Source of the DNA: Chrysomallon squamiferum
Taxonomy: Eukaryota > Animalia > Mollusca
Direction: 5' to 3'
Assembly: GCA_012295275.1 (NCBI GenBank)
Contig: CM022673.1
Span: forward strand, 20,646,001-20,710,000
Length of the DNA stretch: 64,000 nucleotides
The notes under the pieces: model-generated
What the model was told of the DNA's origin: nothing
The model's database searches: none
Seen by the model: only the letters and a program-made list of their open reading frames with translations
Position numbers and translations under genes: made by a program
Shown: positions 1 to 13,445 of the stretch, one piece after another
How the letters are laid out: every line of letters starts with the position of its first letter
Position numbering within the stretch: position 1 is the stretch's first letter

Positions 1-64
1 ATTTATGTCTTCATAAATGTGAAGTGTTATGAGATGTGAAAGAATTTGTGCATTTCAATAGGGG

Positions 65-103
<39 letters not shown>

Positions 104-385
104 ATGGATTTTTTTTAACTATTATTATATTTGTTTGTTTGTTTATAAATATATACATGAGTGAAAAAACAAAAATAAAAATCCTCTCTGGACTATATTA
201 TTCATCACTGTGTTTATGATACAGTGTTTATGAAGTTATTATTTCAAGTTTGAACTGTAAAAAATAAACAAAAACCCCAGTATATTACCATTTGAAATTC
301 TAATGTTCGTTACAATAAACACATTGATTAAATGTTATTTTATATATGTATAAGTTGGTTTGTAATAAATGTAGGAAATACTCAC

Positions 386-3300
386 AAATGAAGCAATGGA
401 ATGCTGGGGAAAGTACACTGACTGAGTATACCAACACCAAGGTCCCCTGAAAAAAAAAAAATTATTTTATAATACATCTAAAAAAAATAATTATTCTCAT
501 TTGGTAGTAACTCTGTCTTGAGAAATATCATTATAATGTTAGTTTAAAAAATCTACTACTGTCGTTCAGTATAAACAATTCTTACTGAACATTTATTACC
601 AGTTCCAACAGAGTTCCAATTTATGTTTTATGTTCAAACGTACCTTGAATATATCTTTCATACATAGAATATGAAGCCATGTTTTTTCTAAACTTTAATA
701 ATCATTTCTAGTAGCACTGAATTTCTTTTAGTTTTTTCATTTTTTGTTTTGTTTGGGTTTTACTGCTGTTTCTTTCATCTCTTTCTCTTTTTTTTTTTTT
801 ATTGTTTTATTATTATTGTTGTTGTTGTTGTTGTATATTTGTTATGTTGTACAATTAGGTGTGGAATTAAGCGGTTAGTCAGAACACTGGTTAGGAACTT
901 AGACTGCATGCAACGTCATGCTGCTGCCTACACAAAGTTAATTAAATCCCCATTAAACCTTATTCTTTAAAATACTCTAATTAACTAACACTAATTTTAT
1001 TAACATCATTTACTGTGATCCCAAGGTTACTCTTTATTGGTTATAAGTATTTTTCATATGTAACAATGTTGAAAATATCTCTACATTTAGCAAACAAAAC
1101 AAAACAAAAACAAAAAAAAAAAGAAGAAGAAAATAAAAAGAAGAAATTTTAAACATCTAGAAATAGTTTGACATGATGATGATTAGCTGCCTCAAAATCT
1201 GCAGTCTTATGAGTATTTATAGAGATATTTTCTCTCTCAGAAATCTGGGATGCATTGTCCCTGAAGTATGAGGCACTGAGTATCCAGTGCTAATGAAATG
1301 ACTTGTATATACAGATGTCATATCTGTTTAACAAATTAACAAAGAATTAAAAAAAAAGTGTTTAAATAAATTATTTATAGACAAGAGATAGTTGATAAAA
1401 CTTTTTCAATTTTAACTTTTTCTTAATTTTCACTTCTTTTATTTTGTTTTTTTACCATCAATATTGTTGCTTTTGTTTGTGTGTTTTTTTGTTTGGTTTG
1501 TTTTCTAAAGAATATTTTAATTATAAAGCTATTGTAGTCACTGTGAACTTTGTTGATTACCATGTTATAATGTGTGTGTGTGTGTTTGTGTGTATAATCA
1601 CACACGCACACACTAAATTTTTCTTTACATCTATAAGTATGTAATTAATTCCAATAAATATGTTTGAAGAGAAACTACAGAAGAATTTTCATTATTTTTT
1701 GGTACATAGTAAATTAATTTCCAACAGTACCTTGTTTCTTCTATTTTTTTTTTTTTTTTTAAGGTATGGTGATAATAATAAAAAACATAATAATAACAAA
1801 TGACAAAGATTCAATGTATATATATATACCAAAGCAAATAAAACTCTTGTGAGGTTTTATGATTACTGGATTCTGATAAATAATTATTAAATTTAGAAAC
1901 TTACCATTTCCATCTGAACAAGTCACATAATTTCAGTTACATTTTCCATCTAAATTGAAACACTTTTCAAAAGACCGTGTTGTAGCTACCACAACATTTT
2001 ATGAAGTTTATAGGAGAAAAAGATTTTAAACAAAATTATTAATATTTCTAACAAGACGATATTCTGTATAAAAACTTATATCAAAAACAATCCTGCATTT
2101 CAAACATTTTCCTTGTCTGCACTACCATGGCTGTATTCATCCCATTTGGCATATGTATGCTTGTTAAGAAGATTACTGTACAAAATGGCTGTGATATATT
2201 AAAGATAATCTGTGCTAATACAGCATAATCCTGACTTACTCTATACATGTATGTTCATGAGAACTGAAACATGTTCAGCAGAGTAACAGAATTGCCAAAT
2301 ATGACTAAGGTATTTTAAGGCCAGATATTGTTTTTGTTCAAATAAGGAACATGGAATTAAAATAATATTAATGTTATTTCTTGAAAACAAAATAATAATT
2401 TTAAGTTAATATCTAAGAATAATAATTATTAATGATGCTCCTCTCTCCAGAATCTAGATTATACAAAATTACATTAATTATATTTAATGTTTCAAATAAT
2501 CTCCTAAATTTTGTGATATATAAAGTAAGTCTGCCTGTGTTATTTGATAAAGTAAAATCTTTGCAAATAACAAAGTATCAGAATCCTTGAGAATGACTTG
2601 TGTTTTGTTTTATGATTCATTTTACACATATAAAAGATAAAAATATTCCTGAGTGATTTATTTAGCATCGATATATTAGGCATACCATAAACATCACTTT
2701 AATCAAAATAATATACATGCACATGCATGTATATACAAATATAGTGTTGTGTGTGTGTGTGATAGAGAGTTTAAAATTTTAAACTGTGGTTCTTGATGAA
2801 ATTGAAATTTCAGTATCTTTTTCAGAAATAACAGAACAAATCAACTGATGTTGTTCACGGAACATTTAGTCATGTGCAACCCTTTAGCACTAGCCAAAAT
2901 ATATTTTACACAGTTGCACTATCTTTATCTTAGTTAATGGCTTCTGCTTTCACCATAAACAACAGCAGACAGGAGAAGTGATTCTCCAGTACAGGTTTTC
3001 TATCAATTTTTCCATGTCAATTATTATCAGCAGCTATTCCTAGCATGGACAGTTGCCAAGCTTTCTTTGCTGTTTTTTCAGAAGTTATTTTCATCAAGGC
3101 AGGAATGTTTCATCCCCCTCATGGTTTTTAAAACCAGTGTATCTCTGGTGCCACTAAATATATGCATTTACTTGGAGACTGGTAAAGGAGAAAATAAAAA
3201 CAAAGTTTAAAAGCTTGCAGAGTCCAATCTGATAATTATCTTTCAACAAGGGAGCTTTGGGGGTTCTGGCAAAGTAGAAAGCTTTATCTCACTATTCTGA

Positions 3301-5088
3301 TTTTTAAATCTTGATAAGAAAATTAGCTGTGAATAATATGGAGCTTTTAATTCTAAAATTATCTTTTTCTGTCTTATTTTATTTTTATGGGGTTGGAACT
3401 AAAGTTCACAGTAGTTTTTAAGGAACATTCAAAGACAGTATTTAGATAGATTTATTTGACCACATAATGTGCCATTTTGTTCACCTTTCTTAATATATAT
3501 ATGTGTGTCATACATTTCAATTTTGTGTGAAACAAAATCACATGCTCAAATGCCACTTATTGAAAAATGGTTTGAAGGTTTGTTCCAAACCACTATCTTT
3601 GTTTTTCAGTTCTAACTTTACTTATTTTTCATGTACAAGAAAATGCCAATCTGCATTGATGAACAAAAAACAAGGTTTGAGTCTGTATGTATTTTTCCAT
3701 GTCTCACCTGTAGTAATTAAAAAGCAGTGACCAATAAATACAGTGGTCAGGAAGCACTTACTACTAAGTAGCTCAAAGTGCATAATGTGGCATGAACAGC
3801 AGCACTAAGTGCCAGATTGTGATTAACCAAGAGTGACAAAAACTTCAACCTTTTCCATTAGCAGGAAAGAAAAATATGGTTTTGGTAGCTACTACTTAAA
3901 AAAATAAAAAATAAAATTTTATTATGAATAAATAAATATCAGCAAGTCTTTGTGAGGTCTTATTCTCTTCTTGTTTTTAATTGACTCTCTTTCTGAAGAA
4001 ATACAAACATGTCACCAGCATTTATAACTTAGAATTTCAGTTTTTTTTCGCTTTTTATTAAACTGAAAACAGTTTTACAAAAGCTAAATATTTTGCACCT
4101 AATTAGAGTTTAGAAATTCAGATTTTTTAAAAATAACTAAATATAGTTCAGAGACTACTTAAAATTACTAAAAACATAATAATAATAAAAAAAATTAAAA
4201 ATTTATATAATTGGCTTGGCCCTCCTGACATCCCCTTTGTTAAATATTATTTATGAAAAAAATTGTTTTAGAAAATGATAATAACAGGGGCAAAAAAAAA
4301 ATAAAAAATAAAAAATTGTTTATAATAATAAATAATTTAAAAAAATTTAAAAAATTAAAAAATAATAATAATAATAATCAAATTTAAAAAAATAATAAAA
4401 TAAAAATATTAAAAAATAAACAAATTAGCTAATACTGAAAAGAAAATCTGTAATGGCCAAAAAATGAACATCTATGGAAAATTATAAAAAAAATGTAACA
4501 AATACAAAGCTAATGAAAATGTTAAAAATAAATTAATTACAGAATGCAACAGAAAGATACTTCAATTTAAAACAAAAGTTTTATTGCTTACTGTTACAGA
4601 AATGTTAATGATATATTAAAGTTAAGTATTTTTTATTTAAAAGTAATACAATTAATCCAAAGAGTTTAGAAAAGAGATTTTTAATACACAGGTACATAAT
4701 ACACAGTTGATGGTTATGGGATTATTGTTAAAGCCTGCTGATCTTTAAAACGTTTGTAAAACTAATCCATATTTATTATGCAAGAATTTAACACAGCGGG
4801 GACGTAAGCGGATTTTGCCCTTTTTGGCTCTAGCACAGCGCTTGTGGAATGGGTGCAATGACGTCATAGATATCACAGAGTGACCGGCGATCGGCATAAT
4901 ATCCAGTAATAAGTAATTGCTAATGCTCGCAAATGGGCACGTAAAACATGAATGAATATAAAAAGTGTATTAAAAAAAATAATAATGTGTGTATATCAAA
5001 ACGTTAATTCATTGAGTATATTGATATAACATAAGAGAGAAACTTACCAGATGTGTAGGCGAAATGTTCCAACAACAAGATGCAACTT
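386..5088 (-). other. Probable 5' part of an unidentified spliced gene running off the left edge (candidate exons 5048-5088, 1905-1913, 644-687, 386-446)
   Basis: Minus-strand AG/GT-bounded blocks: tttctctcgcag|...|gtaagt (5088-5048), tgttcag|ATGGAAATG|gtaagt (1913-1905), tttag|...|gtacgt (687-644, contains aaaaaacATGG at 680) and ttttttttttcag|...|gtgagt (446-386). The last two join in frame as MASYSMYERYIQGDLGVGILSQCTFPSIPLLH. A CpG-rich patch lies upstream (~4790-6100) and the body is CpG-poor. Protein not recognised, and other frames are also open. Confidence 0.4.
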
Positions 5089-5225
5089 CTGCGAGAGAAA
5101 AAGACAGTTATAATAAACCAAAGAATTAAAGAGTGGGAGTTACCTTTTAGGACTTTTCTGGGGCGAATTACAGACCCACGTGAACGAATAAGAATATTCG
5201 ATTGGTTCTTGGAAACGTCAGTCAA
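4795..5225. promoter_or_regulatory. CpG-rich promoter-like region with CRE (TGACGTCA 4859-4866), CCACGTG E-box and ATTGG/CCAAT box
   Basis: Motifs read directly; local CpG enrichment in otherwise CpG-depleted DNA; surrounds the candidate first exons of the left-edge minus-strand gene. Confidence 0.4.
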
Positions 5226-6338
5226 ATATTCTTTGATGGGGTAAAAAAAAACGAAGAAAAGAGGATTTAATATTTCTAAGTTCTATGTATATACGTGTAA
5301 AACAGTTTTATTTTATTTACTATACTTAATGGTAAAAAGAAGCGAAAAAGTTTATGTTTCAAAACAAGCAAATTGGTTTTAAATTCTGCAAAACTGTAAT
5401 GCAGTCCATACCTTATTTATTATTATTCCCGAGTAGTCGAGGTTCAAATATGGTAATGAAAACTTAGACTTCTGTGATTGCCAAATACCGCCTTGCGTTC
5501 ATCGCTATCGAACATTAGTCAGTCTTGAACCCTCTAACAGCCTATTGTGTTCTATATTACTTTTGATGCATTGTATCTAATTTTGTAACGATATTCCGTG
5601 CAATTTTAACGGAGCGACGTTTTTATTCTTATATGTAACTTCGCATATAACTTTCAGAAAGAAATGTGTTAATTACGAAAAACAACAACATAATAATAAT
5701 AATAATAAATTTTAAATAAAATAATAAAAAAATAATTTAAAAAATAATAATAAAATAAATAAATACCCCCTACTTTTCAATACTCAAATATGAAGTATTT
5801 TGTGCGTGCGCACACGCTGTGTATTTATTATATTTAAATGTACGTATGTCTATGTGTGTGTATTAAATAACATTTTTATGTGCATACGCAGTTGTTTAAA
5901 ACTGGTCTATTTACTTATTTATTAGTTTTCTGCCAATTACTAAGCACATTTACTGTGAATTTACATTAAAAACGCGGATTTGTGTTAGAGTTTAATATTA
6001 TATTATTAATCAGAAGGTACATTTGGGACGTTAAATCATTGTGCCGTCACACACACACACACGTTCCTCCCAAGAGCTGCAATAATTCAGTGAGAAACAT
6101 TTTGCCATATATTGCAAAGTGATTAAATCGGTAAACTGATATTACTATGCATATACATTAAAAGAAATTGTTCAGAAACCTAGCTGAAATAAAAACATTC
6201 AGTTTTAACGAGGAAGTTAAACAAGTGATCATCTGATAATAAACATTTCATATCTGTATAATAACGGTTGTTAGATGTAAAAAAAAATATTTTTCTCCCC
6301 CCCCCATAAATAATAAATAAATAAATAAACTTTACATC

Positions 6339-6640
6339 ATGCACCAGAACGACAATGCTAGATCTGGCGGCGCCCAGGTGGTAAAGGTTTTTCTAGGGCA
6401 GCTGAACATCGATATGTTGCAGTGGCCTGCAGTGTCACCCAGTGTTGCACCAACAGAGCACGTCTGTGATGAGATGCAATGTCGTTTAGGTGCGCTGCCT
6501 AACCAAACCAGCCGCTGAAATTGTCAGCACTGGCTCAGATCTGGATGAACATTCACCAGGCATTCTTAAACATTTTGGTAGGTTATCTGGGACGACAGTT
6601 CCAGGCACTTATCGATGCATAAAGTGATTATGTGCGCGAT
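6339..6640 (+). mobile_element. Degenerate Tc1-family DDE transposase fragment (C-terminal part)
   Basis: Translates as MHQNDNARSGGAQVVKVFLGQLNIDMLQWPAVSPSVAPTEHVCDEMQCRL...*, then after a frameshift SALAQIWMNIHQAFLNILVGYLGRQFQALIDA*. This matches the Tc1 pattern FQxDNAxxH...WPxxSPDLxPIEHVW...IW..I......LV.SM..R..A.I.A. Stops and frameshift mark it as a fossil. Confidence 0.8.
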
Positions 6641-9161
6641 ACCTGTTTTTCATCCCCAAAAATAAGTGAAATGACGAGTTTTAAATTTAATTAAAGTTTT
6701 GCAGAATTCCATATTAAACAATACTATCTGAATTTCTTATGCCTTGAAATTACGGTTTTATCAACATGATAATCATATACAGTTGCTGTTTTCCCACTAG
6801 TGTATCATCATTTATAACAAAGAATAAAAAAAAAAAAAAAAAACAAAAAAAAAACCTGCAACAAAACATATCCGTTTCACAGAAGTCATTGCATACTTGT
6901 AGATGTAATTTTTGGACAGTGGTAGAAGCTTTAGAGCCCTCTATGTGCAACATCCTGAGGAAATTGTCAATATATCGTAAAACTATTTCTTTGTTGTTAT
7001 ACTTCATTTTTAAGAAAGGATGGTTAAAATAATAAAAAAAAAAAATAAATAAATAAAATAAAATAATCCACCCTTCAAAACAAAATTCCAGATAGAACAT
7101 ATATCTTGAAAGTATACTTATTTCTACTTATTACAAATGGTACATGTTAAATTATTGTTTTTAGTTTATAGGTACATTATATGAGAAATAGTTTTACAAA
7201 TTAAACACAGGGTTTTTAAATTATATTAAAAAAGCAAAGGAAGAAATGTAAATAATTAGAATAAAAAAGCTTTGCTGGTTCTTGGACACTATTTACTTTT
7301 AAATTAGTCATTTAACATCTAACAGTGATTGGTTTGCTTTGAAAACAAGTTCCTGAAAATTATTTGTAATACGAAAGAATAAAAGTTGATTCAACTTACA
7401 ATATCGTCACAGAGAATTATTTTTTACATTATTATTACTATTATTATTATTATTATCATTATTAAATGTAAACAGATTATTAAAGGCTCATAATATGATG
7501 GAACAGTTAACCTGAATTTGTATAGGGAAACATCTTTGTAATTATTAAATTATTTTGATGTATTTTTAGTTGTTACGATTTAGATAATACTTTATTGGTG
7601 CATTTAAATTAAACCAAATAAACAAAACAGAAAAATAATAAACTATATATTAAATGATTTCTGTTTTCTTTTATTTTTGTTTTCCTGTAAATAATTAAAA
7701 ACACATTCTTCAAAAATTATTTATTTTGTTGGCATCCAAAAAAAAATATGTAAAAAACAACAAACAAATTAACTGAAATATCATCCATATCATAATTTAT
7801 ACTTTAAAAAATAATAACTAATAAATAATTAACTTTAAAAAAAAAGAAAAAAGAAAGTTAGATAATTAGGAGCTGATCCACATCAGAAGTCATTAAATAT
7901 CTGTACGTCATGTCAGCTGTAATACAATGATTCTTCATGTTGGTGAGATAATTTTAAGATTAAAATATACGTTACAATAAGAAAAATTATCCTAAATATA
8001 TATTTTTTGATACTTCAAAAAAACTGTTTTATTTATGTAGTTGGCGTTTTCATTTGCTAATAAGATACATTTCTATAAGAAAGGAAAATTTGTAACAATG
8101 CACAAAAAAGAAAAAGAAAAGAATACTCAAAGTTTATTAATTCTTGGATTTCAACATTTGCTGTATGAAACAATGGAAAATCATGATCTTGCTGCTTCTC
8201 TACATTGTTAATTGGTTGATATACTTTATTGTTAGCAAAGATTACTCCAAAAATAAAATGCTGTAGTATACAATATATTATATAACTGAAAGACGCTTCT
8301 CTTGATTTTTTTTCTTTTTAAGAAAAAGAAAATAATAAAGTACATAATTTTTAAATTAGATCTGTCCTCAATATAATAAATATGTACAACTAATAATAAC
8401 TGTAAACAAACACACACAAAGAGAAAGAAAAAGGTTTTATTTTGATTGCATTATTTATTTGTTATGAAAATATACTTCATAAAATTCAAAATACTGTTAT
8501 TTATATTAAATACTGACAAATATTTCACTAAAATTAAATTTCACTATATTGCACAAAAATAGAAAAGTCACTAAATTCCATAAAACTTGAAATACACATT
8601 TCATTATTTCTTTCTTGAGACGATACGCACAAATTTTCTTCAAAATGCTAATAAGTCTGTCAAACTATACTAACAATTTAATAAGACTCTGATGAAAAGC
8701 ACATTTTTAATTTTCTTATCTGACACTGGTAAAAACATTTCTTAATCAAATGCCAGATTCAGTTCTGCAATTATGGTATCAGTGACTGAGGGAACCTGCC
8801 CTACTACTTTGTTTTTTCATGTCTAGCTCACTATTTAAGAAGTTTCATATGCCTGCATTTTTACACACAGTGTTTCATTTGATATTCAGAAAATAATATC
8901 AATATTAATATTAACATAACCGATAATGAAATGCAGGTTTGTAGTAAACATTATCTGAAGACTGGTTGTATATAAACTGCTAAATAAATATTTCAAACAG
9001 GCTTATAAAATAGGCATTAAAAATATATAAATATTGTATTTTTTAGTGGTTCTTCTTAAAAAGGTAAATGTTACCAACTCTGGATCAAAATAGTAGTCCA
9101 GAGTATTGTTTAATTTCTTCACTATTGTCTGTATTGTATACTGATACAGCAGAAAGTTGAA

Positions 9162-12100
9162 TTACTTGTCATACATTTCCAAAAAGCTCTTACAACATCT
9201 GTAACATTGTTCATAAACTTTTTCAAAGCCATCTATAGTCCCAGCCTGAAATTTTAAAAAGAGGACAAGATAATAATAATAAAACAACAAAAACAAATTA
9301 ATTAATAAGGAGAAAATGTAAATAAAAAACAACAAAAACAAATTAATTAATAAGGAGAAAATGTAAATAAAAAACAAGATAAAATCTAAATAAAATCTGC
9401 TACAAAATTGAAAATGCACTAAATAAAATCGTCTTCTTTTCCTATTTCATTTCTTCATTTATAAACATTAAGAAATTCTTCAACTTAATTCATAACTATG
9501 TGAATGCAAATGTTACCGATGTAATGTACTAACTGTTTATAAGAAATGATAATTTGAGCCTAGCAAAATAAAAAACAACTGATATAACCAAAGTATCATT
9601 TTAGTACACATAAAAAAGAATTAATTGATCATTAGTAATGCATGGAACAGCAGTTTTTACCTCTATTACAGAATCATATGTGTCATTTAATAATAATCAT
9701 TATTATAAATTTTATCTATTCACTGACTTCTGGAGTAAATATAATCATATCTAAATACAAATATGCAGTTATTCAACTACTATTAATCTGTCTTTCTCAC
9801 AAAATCATCCCCAAAACACACACAAACAGACAGACGAAATTGTAAGCAACATAACAGGAAAAATTTACTTACGAAGTAGGGATCGACTATAACTAATTCT
9901 TTCTGTGGATCAAATTCTCCTAATAACTTTATCTTTGCTTTGAATGGTGATTTTGGCTTAAAATCTTCAATGTCACTGGAAAAATAAAACTGACACAAAT
10001 AAACTCAAACAGAAAAGCAAGCATTATTATAGTAAACTATCTTGAAGAAACAAAAAACCCCACAATAACAACCATAACCTTTTATGCAATTAACCAGATT
10101 TTTATTACTATTTATTTCCAAAAGAATACATCACTGTCATAAGTCTGTGTTTTATGATAATTACTTGAGTCTATGACAAGAGAGAGAAAAAACCCAAGAG
10201 AATGTGTTCAAGCCACAATTTCAAAATATGAAGATGAAATTAAAATAAACTGAAGCATAAAGGACAGTGAATGTGCTGTGTTGCCTGGAAATGAACTAAA
10301 ATCTACATAATGTGATATAAATATGTAGCTAAAATACATTTTTCTTATTTTAAAGTTATAATTTGTATATAATTGTTGTTTTACTGTATAAAATGCAAAT
10401 AGATTATTAAACATTCACAACATGTAATAATTAATTGATTGAAATATGTTTACATTAAATACTAGTGTATTAAAGTATGAAAGCTTCATTTGTTTTCACT
10501 AACTTTAACTTGTGTTTGTTCTATACATGTGAATGTCACTTTTCCCTCGGAAATGCAAACTAATCTTGTAATAATCATTTATACATGGATGATAGAAAAT
10601 ATTATCCTTACATTTTCCTCTTTCATACTCATTACAAAACTGTTCTGGCACAAAAAAAAAGAAGAAAAAAGAAGGAAAATGAAGCCATCGTTATATTTCA
10701 CCAGATTGTTTATTATTTTCAAACTTTATTATTAGGAAACATTGTTCTTATCATATAAAAATTCATCTTTTAGTTTATAAAATGTATTTAGGCTATTTGT
10801 TATACAATACTACTGCTACATAACAGATAGTAGTTAACTCAGGGCTTCATACCCTTTGTAAATTCTAAGTACTTCCAGATTGTAAATTTAATTTTTGTTC
10901 CAGCTCCCTTCTTTGATTATAACTCGAATTTCTTTGTCATGCACAATTATACCTCAAATTCTGTTGGTCCATACCAAAAATATATTCAAATTTGTCAAAA
11001 TCATCTGTCTTGATCTGAAATACCCAAATGTATGCATCATTATTTAATTTAAAAAATTCTAAAGATAATGACTAATATAAATAGTGAAGAAGAAGAGGAA
11101 GAAGAAAACTAAATTTTGAAAACAAAACTAACAGCTAATAATAGTCACCATCATACAAATATCTATTCTTTAAACCTGCAACAAACAATTATTACTATGA
11201 AAGATAACAGGATTAAACTGTGTATTTAAATTAAAATCAAAATTAAAAAAGAAAAGAAATACCCTAAAACATAAGGATCTTGGATATATATTCTGTAATA
11301 ATCATTTAAGAAGTAAGTAATAAGAATGTAAACAAATAAAATATACAAGAAGCTAACTGAACCAACCTGTCTACCAGTGTGTTTATAACTTTTTATGCCA
11401 TTTTTTCTAAGTATCTTCATTGTTAATTCATGTGGAGGACTACCAATAAACCAGTCACCAATGCCAGCACTGTCAATATGCCACTGAAAAAAAGGTTTTA
11501 AACACTGTGTGTGGGTGTGTATATTTAAAACTATTATTATGAAAGGAAACACAAAAAACTATGTATAACCAAAAGTTCTTTTTAAAACTTAAAAAAAATA
11601 AAATAATAATATAATAATAATAATAATAGAACATAAACAACAATAAATATAATTTTAAATACTTAAACAATAGTTATTTTGAAAATATTTACCAATCATT
11701 CAAAAATAGTTAAGACAGTATACACATTTTACATATAACTGAAAGACGCTTCTCTTAATGAATCATGCATTTCACTGAAGGGAAATAACTCTCTACACTG
11801 TTTTCAAATTAAAGAAAGAAAATAATAATTAAAAAAAGAAAACATACATAACCTATTGTGAAATATTTTTTAAAATTTGTATTAGGTCAAAAGTGCATTT
11901 AATAAATGACAAATTTAATGTTTTTCAACTAATGGGAAATAGATGTATGGGGAGTCTAGGGAAGTCAATGCTGTGATACCTCACGGTACATACTAATAGC
12001 CCATAATTAATTCTTCAACTGAGAATCAATAATTTTCACATTTTCTGCTATCAAATTGTAAATGCTACATCATATTGGTCTATGATAATGTACTGTAACC

Positions 12101-13445
12101 AGTTTTGTGCGTAATGAATATTTTATAGATAAATCGCAAGAATCAAGATGTCTATTCCAATTTTAGAGTTGATACATACTGCAATAACATGAAATAGACC
12201 ATTTTTTAATAAAAGTTGAAATGAACATAGATAAAAGATAGATATATATAGCAAATGAAAATAAAATAAATAAAGTATACATTATACCTGATCAGCTTCA
12301 CCTTTTTGTACAACTAAGTGGTGCATAATTCCTTCTGCCATTGTTGAACGACATATATTACCTTTAAAAAATTAAAAATAAAATTTAAAAATGTAGTTTA
12401 TTTCAAGTGGATTCACCAGACTTGCAGTTACTCTTTTACTCTCAATACTTATTTCTGAGATAACAGTAAAGAAGCTTTTTGCTTGTGTAATAAATCAGAA
12501 AATAGTGTATGTTGATTAATTTTATTTACCAGACTTGCATGGACAATATTTAAAATATAAGTATATACTGTTTATAAGAAATGATAACTTGTGCCAATTA
12601 AACTAAAAACAATGGCACATATGTACAATGTTAAATAAGGAGGTAGAAGGTATCATGCAGTTTAAACAGTCAGCTGAGTTTTTACTAAATATTTTTGTAA
12701 GACTGCTGTTTTGCTACTAGTGCAGCTAAAAAATGGTCATATAAAACTATTGATGACTGCATGACAGTAGAACCTAGAAGAGCATTTAAAGCAGCTGGAT
12801 CCATCTGGTAGCAAAGGGGGTGGACCAAACTCCTTTAAAGACAAATGGCACTATCCAAATATTCCTTTTAAACTAAATTTTAATATTTTTATATATATTT
12901 TTAAAAATTAAGAATGTATGAAAATATATATATATATAAAACAATGTAATTATAAAGTACATATGATACATTTCGATTATTTCTTCTTACTGCCAAATAT
13001 AGTTATATTAATATTTACTTTATTATATCTTTCTTGCTTTTTAAATAAATAAATAATGAAAAATAAATTTGTAAATAAAATCGAAGTTATTTTTTACTAT
13101 TATTATAAAGAATTAGATGTATTTATATATAACAGGGATAAAACAAAAGAAGCATTAATACATTATTTATACAGTAATTTACTAATTATTATTAACTTAT
13201 GACAACTTATGTTATCTGTAAATTCAGAAACTGATCAAAATAAAAATGAAATATGGTGTGAGACTTTTCAAGTTAAAGTTCTTAAACATATGCTATTAAT
13301 ATTTGACTCATTGACACCAAAAAATAATGAACTGGAAACTGAATGACATTAATATTAAATTGTTTGTTTCATTTTATTTGTAAGAAAATTTAACACTACC
13401 TAGACAAAAAAACAAAACCGATTTCGTTTTGCCGGGATCAGCCAT
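9162..13445 (-). CDS. ACP1: Low-molecular-weight phosphotyrosine protein phosphatase (LMW-PTP), 161 aa; exons 13445-13400, 12361-12288, 11483-11367, 11014-10953, 9975-9873, 9245-9162
   Basis: Spliced product MADPGKTKSVLFFCLGNICRSTMAEGIMHHLVVQKGEADQWHIDSAGIGDWFIGSPPHELTMKILRKNGIKSYKHTGRQIKTDDFDKFEYIFGMDQQNLSDIEDFKPKSPFKAKIKLLGEFDPQKELVIVDPYFAGTIDGFEKVYEQCYRCCKSFLEMYDK. Contains the P-loop CLGNICRS, DSAG, MDxxN and DPY motifs. All introns GT-AG and phases consistent (46+74+117+62+103+84=486 nt). Confidence 0.95.
9281..9377. repeat. Direct tandem duplication of a 45-bp unit in ACP1 intron 5
   Basis: aaaacaacaaaaacaaattaattaataaggagaaaatgtaaataa occurs twice in tandem plus a partial third start. 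Confidence 0.85.

Noticed and set aside
1173-1280. ATGATGA...CTGA with a tgcctca/tgaggca stem, C/D snoRNA-like
   Set aside because: On the opposite strand to the putative host gene, no recognisable rRNA guide, and such motifs are common by chance.
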